From: Octopus sinensis
Lineage: Eukaryota
Reading direction: 5' to 3'
Length of the DNA stretch: 64,000 nucleotides
Assembly: GCF_006345805.1 (NCBI RefSeq)
Contig: NC_043014.1
Coordinates: forward strand, 47,182,001-47,246,000
Each line of letters begins with the position of its first letter. Position 1 is the stretch's first letter. This document shows, piece after piece, positions 12,974-25,378 of the stretch. Below the pieces are notes generated by a model, which saw only the letters and a list, made by a program, of their open reading frames with translations, did no database searches and was not told where the DNA came from. Both the position numbers and the translations under genes were made by a program.

Positions 12974-13193
12974 CCCTTTAGTGTTCAGATTACTCTGTCA
13001 AATATAATGCTTTTTCATTCACATTGTTTTGAATTAATCCTGAATTATCTTGTAGCTCTGAGAATTTGATGATGTGATGCTTTATTTTGAGGATGTCATT
13101 GTAGGATATGAGTGAGAGACCAGATCTAGTTGGTTTGAACATAAAAGAAGTAGAAAATTTGGGCTGGATATGGCCAGTTTAAATGCTAAAGGG
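12974..13193. mobile_element. piggyBac-type MITE, family P1
   Basis: TTAA-CCCTTTAG ... CTAAAGGG-TTAA termini; related copies at ~41063-41925 and 42191-42580. Confidence 0.8.
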
Positions 13194-14445
13194 TTAATGG
13201 GAGTCAAAATTAATCGTAATTTTTTTCCATTAGTTTTTTGTAGAGGAATTGGCTATACTCATGGCCAAGGCAACCCTCCAAGACTGGTGAGATGCTGTTA
13301 ACGTTTCACTTAAACTGCAGGGGAGGGGATTGTACCAGAAAGTTGATGCTCATAGGGTAGGACTGGGTATAAAGTGGTTAAGGTGGGATGTGGGAATTTG
13401 GACACAATATGGATAATGAATAGAGGAGAAATGAAGGAGTCATGTGTCTGAGTGGGGATTGAACATGATCAGTCAGCTCCAAGGAACAGAGGCCATTGCA
13501 GTTGCTACAGAAAAAACAGAGTGGAGACAGCATCTCTGTAGTTAAGAGGGTTGTGTGACTGCCCGTTGCTTTCATAATAATGATAATAATTCTTTCTACT
13601 AAGGGCATGAGGCCTGAAATTTCACTGGCACTTAATTTATCGACCCTGCAAAGTCGACCTCAACAGAATTTGAAATCAGAATGTAAAGACAGACAAAATT
13701 CTGCTAAGCATTTTGCCTGGCATGCTAATGATTCTGCCAGCTCGTCGCCTTGATAATAATAATAATAAAGGTTTTAAATTTTGAGTCAAAATCAGCAATT
13801 TTAGTGGGAGTTGGTAAATCAATTAAATTGAATCCACCTTTATTCTATCGCCCCTGAAAGAATGAATGGCAAAGTTAATCTCAGTGAGTTTTGAATTCAG
13901 AATGTAAATAGAAGAAATTCTGAGAGGAATTTTGTCTGACACTCATCACTGTAATAATAATAATAATAATCGTGATGATACACCATCACTAATAATAATA
14001 ATAATAGTGATGATAATAATAATAATGATAATAATAATAATAATAATAATAATAGTGATAATAATAATAATATTAGTAATAATAATAATTCTTTCTATTA
14101 TAAGTACAAGGCCTGAAATGTTGGTAGGGTTGGGGGCTGATTGATTACATCAACCCCACTTCTTTACTGGTACTTGTTTTATTGACTCTGAAAGGATGAA
14201 AAGATAAAGTTGACCTTGGTCAGATTTTAGCTGAGAACATTGAAGTTGAAAGTGATGTCATAAAGCTCAAGTGATTCTGCCAGCTTGCCGTCTTAATAAT
14301 AATAATGATTAATAGTGATAAAGATTTGTTTAAATTGAATTGTAATTTTTTTTTTTTTTTTTTTGTGAACCACAAAGTTACATAGAACCAGTATTATCTT
14401 TAATTGTTCAGTGTTAAGTAACCGAGATGTAAATCTCTTCCTTAA

Positions 14446-14918
14446 TCCTTTCGTTACCAACCCGGCTGAAACTGGCTCTGGCTCTTTAGTACAAATGTCT
14501 TGTTTTCATAAGTTTTGAATAAAAATCTTCCACCAAACCTTAGTCACAATTTATGTTCCTAACACTAGCTGAATGATAACTGAGTTATTTTACTAAATTC
14601 TTTGTTATATTTAAAGTATTTGAAAGAAATACGGAGCATCTCAAAATAAATAAAGTAATGAAAGGGTTAAAATATATAACAGAGACACAATTCCTAACCC
14701 TTTTGATACCAACCCAGCTGAAACCACCTCTGGCTCTGTAGTACAAATGTCTTGTTTTCATAAGTTTTGAATTAAAATCTTCCACCAAACCTTAGTCACA
14801 ATTTATGTTCTTAACACTAGCTTAATGATAAGAAAGTTATTTTACTAAATTCTTTGTTATATTTAAAGTAATTCAAAGAAATACAGAGCATCTCAAAATA
14901 AATACAATAATGAAAGGG
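14446..14918 (+). mobile_element. Dimer of piggyBac-type MITE family P2 (14446-14666 and 14698-14918)
   Basis: TTAA/CTAA-(C/T)CCTTT..AAAGGG-TTAA ends; spacer AATATATAACAGAGACACAATTC. Confidence 0.8.
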
Positions 14919-15217
14919 TTAAGAGGGCGCTAGTGGTCTGTTGTGGGGTAACATTCCTAAATGATGTCATAATTATTTTCTGAGTAAAATGCTATGCAAT
15001 ATCTTGTAATGATTCACTGAACCAGCTTGAATATGAACTCACATTCCCTTAGGTTACTAACCCGTCAGTTGTGTGTGTGTGTGTGGCTGTTGAAATAATT
15101 ACATCTAATTTAAAAATGGGGTGTAAAACCTGGAATTTGGCAAATGTGGGTATTTATTTTGCTAATGTTGTCCCAGTTATTAAACCATTTTTGCAGAGTA
15201 GCACTTACCCAGTTGAC

Positions 15218-15772
15218 CAATGTTTCTCAACCATTTTTTTACCTGTGAACCCCTTTGATTCCACTTTTTTACTTGGGTGGACCCTCATAGCCATTCGGTG
15301 TTTTAAAAAATCCCCTTATATTTTTAGAATTAAATATTATGTTGTGTCTGGGGAGAGTAATTTTCTTTTTGTGCCTTATAATGTAATACACTCACCGGTA
15401 AAATTTCCACCTATTTCTTATTTTTATTTTCCTAAGTCAAGACTATTGAAAAGGTTGCAAGACACAACGAAAATTTTAGGAAAATAAAAATAAGAAATAG
15501 GTGGAAATTTTACCGGTGAATGTGTTACATTATAAGGCACAAAAAGAAAATGACTCTCCCCAGACACAACAGAATATGCTTCAACACACGAACTCATATA
15601 AAGAATCTTGCAAACCAAATCCAAAAATGAAATAAATATTATTAGGAACTGTTTTAAAAAAATAAAAATATTTTGTCTGTTGTAGAAGTATGGCCAATTT
15701 ATTGCACATCAATTTTGACAAAATCTTATATGGACCCCTAAAGGTCATATGGTCCTGGTTTGAGAAACACTA
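15218..15772. mobile_element. hAT (Charlie-like) MITE containing an internal 95-bp inverted repeat
   Basis: TIRs CAATGTTTCTCAACC / GGTTTGAGAAACACTA; 8-bp TSD CAGTTGAC / CAGTAGAC (7/8). Confidence 0.8.
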
Positions 15773-16756
15773 CAGTAGACTTATGATCAGAGACGTTCCA
15801 GCTATGACCATCCTATCTGTTAGACAGGGATTTGACTGCTATTTTTAGTAAATTGGCTTTGTTGACTTAGATCCAAACCTCACTGATTCTTTCTGTTGAT
15901 CTGTTTAGGGTGGACACTTGTGTTTTACTATTGAAGGTGTTGATGCTAGTAATGGCGTTAAAGTGGTAGAGGTGATGTTGATGGTGGTGGTGGTGGTGTT
16001 AGTAATGTTGATGTAATCTTAAGTGTTGTTGGCGGCGTTGATGGTGATGTTAAACGGTGTAGATTGTAATGGGATGTTCTCGAGGGTTCTGTTGTCTTAA
16101 TTAGAGGAATATGTTTTCAATTATTGCCTGATTTAAAGATCCCAGTTTCTACCGACTGCTGTGATTAGTGCCACTTCCTGTCTATATTTATATCAATGTG
16201 GAATAATACTTTATCAAAAACATTTTTTTTTGAAATAATATTAATAGAACTTGGATTTTCAGATAAAAATAGTTTTGACTCCTTACATAGCTTTTGCCTC
16301 TGAAATAACTAACCCTAAAATTTGAGGGGTGTGTGGATGGTAAAATTACATGGTAAAACCAAATACAGCGGGGCTTATAAATGAGTGAAAATCCTATTTC
16401 GGATCCTTTGGAAATATTTTTTCTATCTTTTTTTTTTTTTTTGAAAGCTATAAAAAAAGGTTGCAAATGGTTTTCTGGAAGTGAGTAGATTTTAAGACAG
16501 TAAATGACATGAATTCTACAATTCAAGGGGATTTCATACTGTATAGACTTATAGAGATATTGAATTGAGGAAATCTCCAAAGTCTCCAGTTTGTTGCAGT
16601 GCAGTGGATCTGTTTGAGATTTAATGAAGTTAGTCATAACCTCATCAAAATGTCAAACTTGTGGTTGTGGCTGTCAGTAATGAGGTACTTTACAAAGTAC
16701 TGATGTCAATGATGGCTTGTGATCTATCAAACAATGGGTTTATGTTGTAGCACTGT

Positions 16757-17170
16757 ATTTGTTTCTTTATTACCCACAAGGGGCTAAACACAGAGGGGAC
16801 AAACAAGGACAAACAGATTAAGTCGATTACATCGACCCCAGTGCGTAACTGGTACTTATTTAATCAGCGAGCTGGCAGAAACGTTAGCACACCGGGCGAA
16901 ATGCTTTCATTTGCTGTTACGTTGTGAGTTCAAATTCCGCCGAGGTCGACTTTGCCTTTCATCCTTTCGGGGTCGATAAATTAAGTACCAGTTACGCACT
17001 GGGGTCGATGTAATCGACTTAATACCTATGTCTGTCCTTGTTTGTCCCCTCTATGTTTAGCCCCTTGTGGGTAATAAAGAAATAGGTACTTATTTAATCG
17101 ACCCCAAAAGGATGAAAAGCAAAGTTGACCTCGGCGGAATTTGAACTCAGAACGTGTGGCAGACGAAATG
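16757..17170. mobile_element. SINE A (+, 16866-17084) inserted into an antiparallel SINE A (-)
   Basis: 15-bp TSD GGTACTTATTTAATC at 16851-16865 and 17085-17099. Confidence 0.85.
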
Positions 17171-17409
17171 TTGAAGCACTGTATTAATGATCCTTCCACT
17201 TAAGTTTTGGGAAATCATTTAATTAGTCTTCTTGCAATGAAAGAGACCAATTCATTTAGAAAATCCTGAAATGTGAGCTCACACACTGCAAAATTAGTGC
17301 AGTCAGGATGCTCCCACTAACTGCAGGTAATACCATCATCTGCATCATATTGCTCTGCCAGAAAACTACTTAAATGATTTCTTCAATGTTTCTGTGTTAG
17401 AGCAGTTCA

Positions 17410-17640
17410 TTATTCTCACATTTCCTTCTTCTCTGAGTTCCTCCACTTGGATCTCCAGGCATTTCTTTATTCAACTGTCATCTTCCATACACATCATTTC
17501 ACCTCACCATGAAGTCTCCCCTCCTTGTACACTACACTTGTTTCTTCCTAAGCCCAGTTTTTCTTCCAGCTTATTTGTGCTCTGTTGTTCATGAACATTA
17601 ACATAACATATCCAGCGAAGCATACTTGACTCATTTTATT
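17410..17640 (-). mobile_element. Decayed RTE-clade LINE 3' fragment
   Basis: Minus-strand translation resembles NEASMLRWxCxV..EKLG.., the same RTE region as 20900-21200 (+). Confidence 0.6.
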
Positions 17641-17694
17641 TCAGCCTTTACACAGCCTTTGCATTCAACACCTATGTTTTACTATCGTGTAACA

Positions 17695-18030
17695 TTGTGT
17701 GTGTGTGTGACCCCCTTTGGTCACGACACTAACCGTGGGTTTGCACCTAGAAAGTTACCCTCCCAGACACAAGTCTGGGCAAGGTTGTTTATGGAAGACC
17801 AGCAGTTACCCATGCATACTGGCCTCCCCTCTCCAGGCCACCAGTGTTATCCAAGGGAAAGGCAAAGGGGCCGATACAGTTTGGCACCTGTGACGTTGCA
17901 ACTCGTTTCTACAGCTTAGTGAACTGGAGCAACGTGAAATAAAGTGTCTTGCTCAAGAACACAACACACAGCCCGGTCCGGGATTTGAGCTCACAACCTC
18001 ACGCTCATAAGCTCGACGCTCTAACTACTT
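17695..18030 (-). mobile_element. tRNA-derived SINE family D
   Basis: Minus head GTAGTTAGAGCGTCGAGCTTATGAGCGTGAGGTTGTGAGCTCAAATCCCGG is tRNA-like, followed by a TTCTTGAGCAAGACACTT core-like segment. Confidence 0.7.
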
Positions 18031-18526
18031 AGTAAGTAAATGAGAATATTATAATCTGGTCTTTACTCTGAGAGAGAAATTCTTTGTTTACAACAAAGGT
18101 AAAAACTCCCAGAATGTTCACCAACCTGTCCATTCTAGCTAAGTTTAAGGAGCATCCTCTGCCACTACTAGTTGTCACCTAGTTAACAGTGGCTGTTAAC
18201 TATTTCTCTGGAGTTTTCCAGGCATTTGAAAGAATTTCTTTCATGAGTGCTCTAACTGCTAACTACTCCACTGCATCCGCTCCCATATACAAAGTCCTTC
18301 TCTGGTCAACCTGCCTGTGATAACACTGCATCTCTTGTGTACTCATTCATGTTTTACATTAGGTACTTCCTTCCTACTCCTTATCAAGTATAGCCACTTC
18401 CTAGATGGCAGTAGATCTCTGTTTTCTTTAGAAATTGAGCAAGGAAACTGTAGAGGTAACAAATTATTGGACTTAAGTTATAGAAAGAATTATTAGCTCA
18501 ACTGATGAGAAGAGAATTAACCAAGA

Positions 18527-18916
18527 CTAGCAGTATCACCTGGCGTTGCTCAGGTTTATTTCGACCCTTTAGAATTGGAATTTTTGAAAAGTAAAAATTT
18601 TGCATTATGTAGCTTGTTATTCTTTTTAAGTGAACATTTTTCTGGTTGAAATACACAGAAAAATGGCAACACAGCAGTAAAAAAATCGTAAAAAAATAGG
18701 GATTTTCATAGAAAAAAAGCACCTTTTTGATGTAAATAATTTTTGGTGTTAACATGGTCTGATTTGAATTTTTTCTTCTACGGAATGAAGAGCAAGCCTT
18801 CTCTATCATACTCTCAATTTTGGTCAACTTGCGCTGCAGGGTCTCGGAGGAGATAGTGTTAGTTGAAGGCTACCAAACCTGCCATACACAAACAACTTCA
18901 GCTTTATGTATATAGA
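18527..18916 (-). mobile_element. Non-autonomous Helitron inserted in the RTE relic
   Basis: Minus 5' TCTATATACATAAAGC, 3' CCTGAGCAACGCCAGG hairpin then CTAG. Removing it restores AAC CAA GA^T GAA ATG CAG TTT (NQDEMQF) with no TSD. Confidence 0.9.
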
Positions 18917-19224
18917 TGAAATGCAGTTTGCTTTGTATTTAGAAGTATTGTTGATGCCTACTTTCTGGGAGTAAGCCACTGCACCTAGCATTCATTAACT
19001 TGGAGAAAGCCTTTGACAGGGTTCTGCTCTCTATAATCTTGTGTTCACTAAGGATGTTAGAAGGTTTATGAAGACAGCACAACCATGTACAGAAATGCTA
19101 ATAGCAAGGTGAAAGTCAGCAATACTTTGCTATCACTATGCAGTAAAAATAGAACAAAATGTAGCGTGCAGGTAGGGGTTCAGAAGAATGCAATTCTCAG
19201 CCCTTTTCTATTAAATATGTTTCT

Positions 19225-19452
19225 TTATTACCCACAAGAGGCTAAACATAGAGAGGACAAACAAGGACAGACATAGATTAAGTCGATGATTATATCGACC
19301 CCAGTGCGTAACTGGTACTTAATTTGTCGACCCCAAAAGGATGAAAGGCAAAGTCGACCTCGGCGGAATTTGAACTCAGAACGTAACGGCAGACGAAATA
19401 CGGCTATGCATTTCGCCCAGCGTGCTAACGGTTCTCCCAGCTCTCCGCCTTA
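19225..19452 (-). mobile_element. SINE family A
   Basis: Full-length match to the family consensus. Confidence 0.85.
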
Positions 19453-19900
19453 ATTTTCTGTTAAATATAGTCTTCCAAGCCATAACACAGGTGTTTAAGA
19501 ATGTCTTTAGGAGCTTCAGTAACTGAAGCTTTAGTAGAATTAGAGAAGAAATTCCAGATGAGGAATCAAAACCTTGAACCAAGAAACCCTAAAGTTAACT
19601 TAGCAAAGACTTAGATATCAGTAGAAAAGTAGACGGGATCCCACATCCATCAGGGAAATGGCTATGTTTACTTAAAAAAAGGTAGGTAGGAATTCCATGC
19701 TGTGTATCTACGAGGTGTGATGGAATCACAGGCCAGTCATTAAAGAAGGAAGACTTGTATGTTGCAGGTGCACAGGAACAACCATTGAGTGCATGGGAAG
19801 TAGATTTTCCCAAACGTCTTGATAGCTTCTGTTATCTAGGAGACCTAACTATCAATGGGGATGGCAGTGTTCTGAAAGTGTAGCATTGCAAATGAAAAAA

Positions 19901-20780
19901 AAAAAAGGTAGTGAATGTTAAGGAACTATTACCTCTGTTGGTTACAAAGGATTTCTTTATTGGAGTGAAAAGCAGATTTTATGATGCCTGTATATGATCT
20001 GTAATTTTATTCGGTTTTAAAGTTTATTCTGCGGTAATTTGGAATTGAAACCACCAGCTTCTGTTGTTCAGTTTTTAAAAAAGGTAGTGAATGTTCAGGA
20101 ACTATTACCTCTGTTGGTTACAAAGGATTTCTTTATTGGAGTGAAAAGCAGATTTTATGATGCTTGTATATGATCTGTAATTTTATTCAGATTTAAAGTT
20201 TATTCTGCGGTAATTTGGAATTGAAACCACCAGCTTCTGTTGTTCAGTTTTTAAAAAAGGTAGTGAATGTTCAGGAACTATTACCTCTGTTGGTTACAAA
20301 GGATTTCTTTATTGGAGTGAAAAGCAGATTTTATGATGCTTGTATATGATCTGTAATTTTATTCAGATTTAAAGTTTATTCTGCGGTAATTTGGAATTGA
20401 AACCACCAGCTTCTGTTGTTCAGTTTTTAAAAAAGGTAGTGAATGTTAAGGAACTATTACCTCTGTTGGTTACAAAGGATTTCTTTATTGGAGTGAAAAG
20501 CAGATTTTATGATGCCTGTATATGATCTGTAATTTTATTCGGTTTTAAAGTTTATTCTGCGGTAATTTGGAATTGAAACCACCAGCTTCTGTTGTTCAGT
20601 TTTTAAAAAAGGTAGTGAATGTTCAGGAACTATTACCTCTGTTGGTTACAAAGGATTTCTTTATTGGAGTGAAAAGCAGATTTTATGATGCTTGTATATG
20701 ATCTGTAATTTTATTCAGATTTAAAGTTTATTCTGCGGTAATTTGGAATTGAAACCACCAGCTTCTGTTGTTCAGTTTTT
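19901..20780 (+). repeat. Tandem array, 5 x 176 bp
   Basis: GGTAGTGAATGTT at 19907, 20083, 20259, 20435 and 20611; two unit variants in order A-B-B-A-B. Confidence 0.95.
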
Positions 20781-21934
20781 ATTCTCATCTTATTTTTACT
20801 TCAAACCATCAGCTTCTGTTGTCCAGCTTCTAATCTTTGAATTCTGACATGGATAAAATGATATAATAATGAAATTATTGTATACAGTGCTCATGTTGTA
20901 TGATAGTGAAATGTGGGCCCTGAATGCAGAGGAGTTGCAAAGATTAGGGAGGAATGAAGCTTGTATGCACCATTGCATATGCAACATCCATGTGCATGAA
21001 CAACAGAGTTAAAATCAAGATATGAGGAATCAAATGTAGTGTGTGAAAGGGAAAAATATTGCATTGGTAGAGGTATGATAAATATGGAGGTTGACATCTG
21101 TACAAAGGAGTTTAGGGTGTTAAAAGGTGACGGAACCTGTGGAAGGAGGAGACCCACGAAGACAAGGAAAGAAATGGTAACGATTGATCTTGAGATGCTG
21201 TGCCCCACTGAAGAGGTCTTGGAGCTGGATTTTCTATGGGGAGCATGCCCCTGCTTACCTCCAAGCTTAGTTTCTAGACATGAGTAGTCCCAAGACCAAG
21301 ACCTCTACCATGGTTTTTAAGAAATGTGGTGGAAAACTAGCTCAAGAAGGCAGGGATGCTACTCCCTGAGACCCCTTTCGGATCCCCCTACATGAAGGCT
21401 ACCTATATATATATGTTTCTACTATTAAATCTAATTGTCTTTTGGACATATACATTTTTTTTTACATACATCAATGACTTTCTCACTGGTAATGCTTTCC
21501 CTGTATATTACACAAATGTAATTTCTTTTTTCCCAAATAAATTGCACTTCATATTTGAGGCTCTGATGAAGCTAAAGGTACTCAACAAGTCTTATAGCAG
21601 AAACAGCTATAAGCTAATGAAGTTCATAACATAACTATTATTTTTCCTGTATTGTCTCTTTTTCTTATCTATATTTGCTTGTGTGTGAAAAAGTACTTAC
21701 TACACACTGTGTGGTGGCTGGCATTAGGAAGGGCATCCAGCTTTAGTAACCATATCAAAGCTGAGATTGAAGCTGTTGCTTCATTGGATCCCGTCAAACT
21801 GTCCAACCCATGCCAGCATGGAAAACAGACGTTAAATGATGATCATGATTCACAGATGTTTTTGAGCGTATATAAATGTCTTTATTCATTATGTGTATAA
21901 TTGTTTGTGGCTATGTATATGTTCCTCTATGGAT

Positions 21935-22080
21935 GGTTGGCGTTAGGAAGGGCATCCAGCTGTAGAAACTCTGCCAGATCAGATTGGAGCCTGGTGCAGC
22001 CTCTGGCTCACCAGTCCTCAGTCAAATCGTCCAACCCATGCTAGCATGGAAAGTGGACGTTAGATGATGATGATGATGAA
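21935..22080 (+). mobile_element. SINE family C 3' part with (GAT)n tail; older copy at ~21715-21850
   Basis: GGTTGGCGTTAGGAAGGGCATCCAGCTGTAGAAA..CCAACCCATGCTAGCATGGAAA..GATGATGAT; the tail type suggests RTE mobilisation (inference). Confidence 0.75.
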
Positions 22081-22213
22081 ATGTATGGATACATGTATAT
22101 AAATATGTATATAAATGTATGTATACATGTGAATGTGTATATTTGCATATATGTATACATGTGTATATGTAAGAATGTTCATGTTTATCTTTGTATGTAT
22201 GTATGTATGTATG

Positions 22214-22259
<46 letters not shown>

Positions 22260-22281
22260 TAAATGTATGTCCTTACAAATA

Positions 22282-22342
<61 letters not shown>

Positions 22343-22696
22343 GTATGTCCTTACAAATATATATGTATATAATGTACTTCCTATACACACTTGTGGGTAT
22401 ATAAATATATATATATGTATACAGATGTATAAGGTCATATATAAAATTATTTATCCAGATTGTTTCCAGCTACTCTGCCAATCCCACAAAGGATTCCATG
22501 GAAAGTTGTGTTTAGCAGGATTTCAACTCTAAAGAGCAAAAGATATGATCTAGATACTAAGAGTACTGTCTGTCTCTGTCATTGAGTAACACATCAACCT
22601 CCGTGTGTATATATATATGTGTGTGTGTGTGCAGTAATAGGTAGGTCTGTTGCTTTAGTTACCAAACTGTGGTGGGCATGTGTGGGTGTACTCTTT

Positions 22697-22736
<40 letters not shown>

Positions 22737-23399
22737 TCATTTCGAATTTGCTCCCAAGTTTCTAAAGGAGCTTTATCAGCTCCCAACTATCTCTAAGATA
22801 ACAGTCAAATAAACCCCAATCTTTTCTCCTAGCCCCTGCCTTACCGAACATTATACACACACACACACACACACATACGGATATGTATGTAGTGTGTCCC
22901 ATAAGTAAAACCTCATTTAAGTCAGTTTCGTTTGGAAAAAGCTTATACATTTCTGGGACAAATGTGTGTGTGTATATATGTAGGTATATATTATAATGTA
23001 ACTACATAGATCTGTGTGTGTGGGTGTCAAGCTAATTCTTTGTAGACAAGAGGAGGGGGAAGTAATAAACAACGTAGACTAGGAACAAGGTGAGGGGGAA
23101 GACTTGTAAGGGATTAGTTAGACCAGAATTGTTTGGGTCCCTAACTGATATCTTCCTTCTCAGTCTATCTCCCTCCCTCCCTCTCTCTGTCTTTTTCTCT
23201 TTCTTCCCTCTCTTTTTGGATGTCTAAATTGATTTAGGTATCTGATAATTTTTTTAGAAATCTATGCTACCCCATCTTACTGATAGGAATGGGGTCTTCT
23301 TCAGATCATTTATTCTGTCCCCACAACTGTAATGGGGATGTAGGGTTGTGGTTTCGGGGGGGGGGGAGTGAACTGGAGGTTTGTTGTAGGAGTAGTGTA

Positions 23400-23720
23400 G
23401 TAGTAGTAGTAGTGTGACCCCCTAGATGCAGAGGGAATGAGGGGTTGCAACCGGAGGTGGTGTGAAGGGTTGTGACCTGAGGTGAGGTGAGGGGCTGCAA
23501 CTGGAGGTGGGGCAAGGGGCTACAACAGGAACTGTAGCTGGATAGCTGGAGTGAGGGGGCTTGCAACTGGAGTGGAATGTAGGACTCACAATCTGAGGTG
23601 GGACAAGGAGCCCCACAACCACAAGGGTGGGAGCCAAAAGTGGAGCAAAGGGCAGCAACCGGAGGTGGAGTGCGGTGGCTGCAACCAGAGGTAGGTAGGT
23701 GGAGCTAGGGGACACGGCTG
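23400..23720. repeat. Degenerate G-rich minisatellite (GGGGCTGCAACTGGAGGTGG-like units)
   Basis: Recurrent GCAAC(C/T)GGAGGTGG motifs about 25 bp apart. Confidence 0.6.
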
Positions 23721-24102
23721 GGTATATACAATACTTCTATGGGATCCAACTTACTTAATTCTAACCAAACTTTTACCTTTACCTTTAGCCTACAACAGTA
23801 TTTTCATCACCTCACATAATACCATTTATTAATTGTTCTCTGTAGACACATCACCATACACATCTCTCTCCCTAATATATATAATAAAACAAATGGTTTA
23901 CACCTGGTAGCTTACCAGTAAAGCACAGTCACTTTCACAGTGATCGTTATGTATATGGCAAACAAGAGATGGAATATGTGAGATTGTTGTATTTTGGAAT
24001 GGTCATATTGCCAGTTTAGCCAATAAAAACACACGCACTATATATTTGGTGTTACTTTGCTTCAGCGTTATTTATTTTTTACATTAATCTTAATCTTATT
24101 TC

Positions 24103-24147
24103 GGCCAGAGTTCTTTCGTCACGCTCCTGTGACTGCATCAGTGGTCC
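24103..24147 (-). ncRNA. Minimal type I hammerhead-like motif
   Basis: GGACCA-CUGAUG(C)A-GUCAC(AGGAGC)GUGAC-GAAA-GAAC-UC-UGGCC. Confidence 0.6.
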
Positions 24148-24375
24148 TTTGTTTTCTTCTTTCTTATTTGTGTGTCTCTCCTTACTAACCATCGAGAATT
24201 TATTGTTAATCATGACAATAGTTTCAACACATCTAGCGTCGATCCCTCGTGGGTGGGACACCCAAAACACTGGCTCAGGAGCATTTGGCATTGCAGATGT
24301 ATCTCGATAAATAAACACAGCTTCTTAAAATAACAGCTCCACAATGTAACTTCTCCTTTGCCACATATATCTATC

Positions 24376-24445
<70 letters not shown>

Positions 24446-24978
24446 GACAAGCATATATATATAGGCACACACATTCTTTACCATACATCATAATACACAC
24501 TACATAGTCTTTATTACCTTTGCACAAATAAAAATCTCTTTCTCACACTTGTTTTCTGCAAACCACAATAAAAACACAGTGAGCGTGACTAAGCACAGTG
24601 ACTAAAGAGAGTGGGTGTGATGTTTATGTTTATATAATATACATTATGTAAATATACGTATATGTATAAATTATGATTATTATTATTAGAAGGGTTGTAG
24701 TTTGCAGAATTGTTAGAGCTTTGGAAAAAATGCCTTGTGGTATTTCTGCCAGTTATTTATATTCTGAGTTCAAATCCTGCCTAAGCTAACTTTGACTTTT
24801 ATCCTTCAGGATCAATAAAATAAAGTCCCACTAAAGTACTGAAAGCCGGAGTGCTTGACTAAACCCCACCTCCCTTAAGATTACTGGACTTGTACCTAAA
24901 TCAGAAACAATTATTATAATTAGATAAAAAAATGTGGTGAGCTGGCAGACTCGTTAGCACGCTGGACAAAATACTTAG

Positions 24979-25378
24979 TCGCAGGAGTGGCTGTGTGGTA
25001 AGTAGCTTGCTTACCAACCACATGGTTCCGGGTTCAGTCCCACTGCGTGGCATCTTGGGCAAGTGTCTTCTGCTATAGCCTTGGGTCGACCAATGCTGAG
25101 TGGATTTGGTAGACGGAAACTGAAAGAAGCCCATCATATATATGTATGTGTGTGTATATGTTTGTGTGTCTGTGTTTGTGCCCCCTAGCATTGCTTGACA
25201 ACCGATGGTGGTGTGTTTACGTCCCCGTCACTTAGCGGTTCGGCAAAAGAGACCGATAGAATAAGTACTGGGCTTACAAAGAATAAGTCCCGGGGTCGAT
25301 TTGCTCGACTAAAGGCGGTGCTCCAGCATGGCCGCAGTCAAATGACTGAAACAAGTAAAAGAGTAAAGAGTAAAAGAG
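24979..25378 (+). mobile_element. SINE family B nested in a decayed SINE A
   Basis: SINE A head at ~24935-24978 resumes at ~25380. Confidence 0.8.

Larger units (their letters stand above)
18425..21220 (+). mobile_element. Decayed RTE-clade LINE (RT and C-terminal region), triply interrupted
   Basis: Frameshifted motifs GNCRGNKLLD, INQDEMQF, AFINLEKAFDRV, MYRNANSKVKV, LSPFLL, PSGKW, DSFCYLGD, ELLPLLVTK, DSEMWALNAE, GTCGRRRPTKT. Interrupted by a Helitron, a SINE A and a 176-bp array. Confidence 0.85.

Noticed and set aside
17940-18030. tRNA-like sequence on the minus strand
   Set aside because: No complete cloverleaf or acceptor stem; it continues into a SINE body.
19901-20780. Regular repeats here, at 11903-12858 and at 28628-29139 considered as CRISPR-like arrays
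   Set aside because: Units are contiguous with no unique spacers, there are no cas genes, and the context is eukaryotic.
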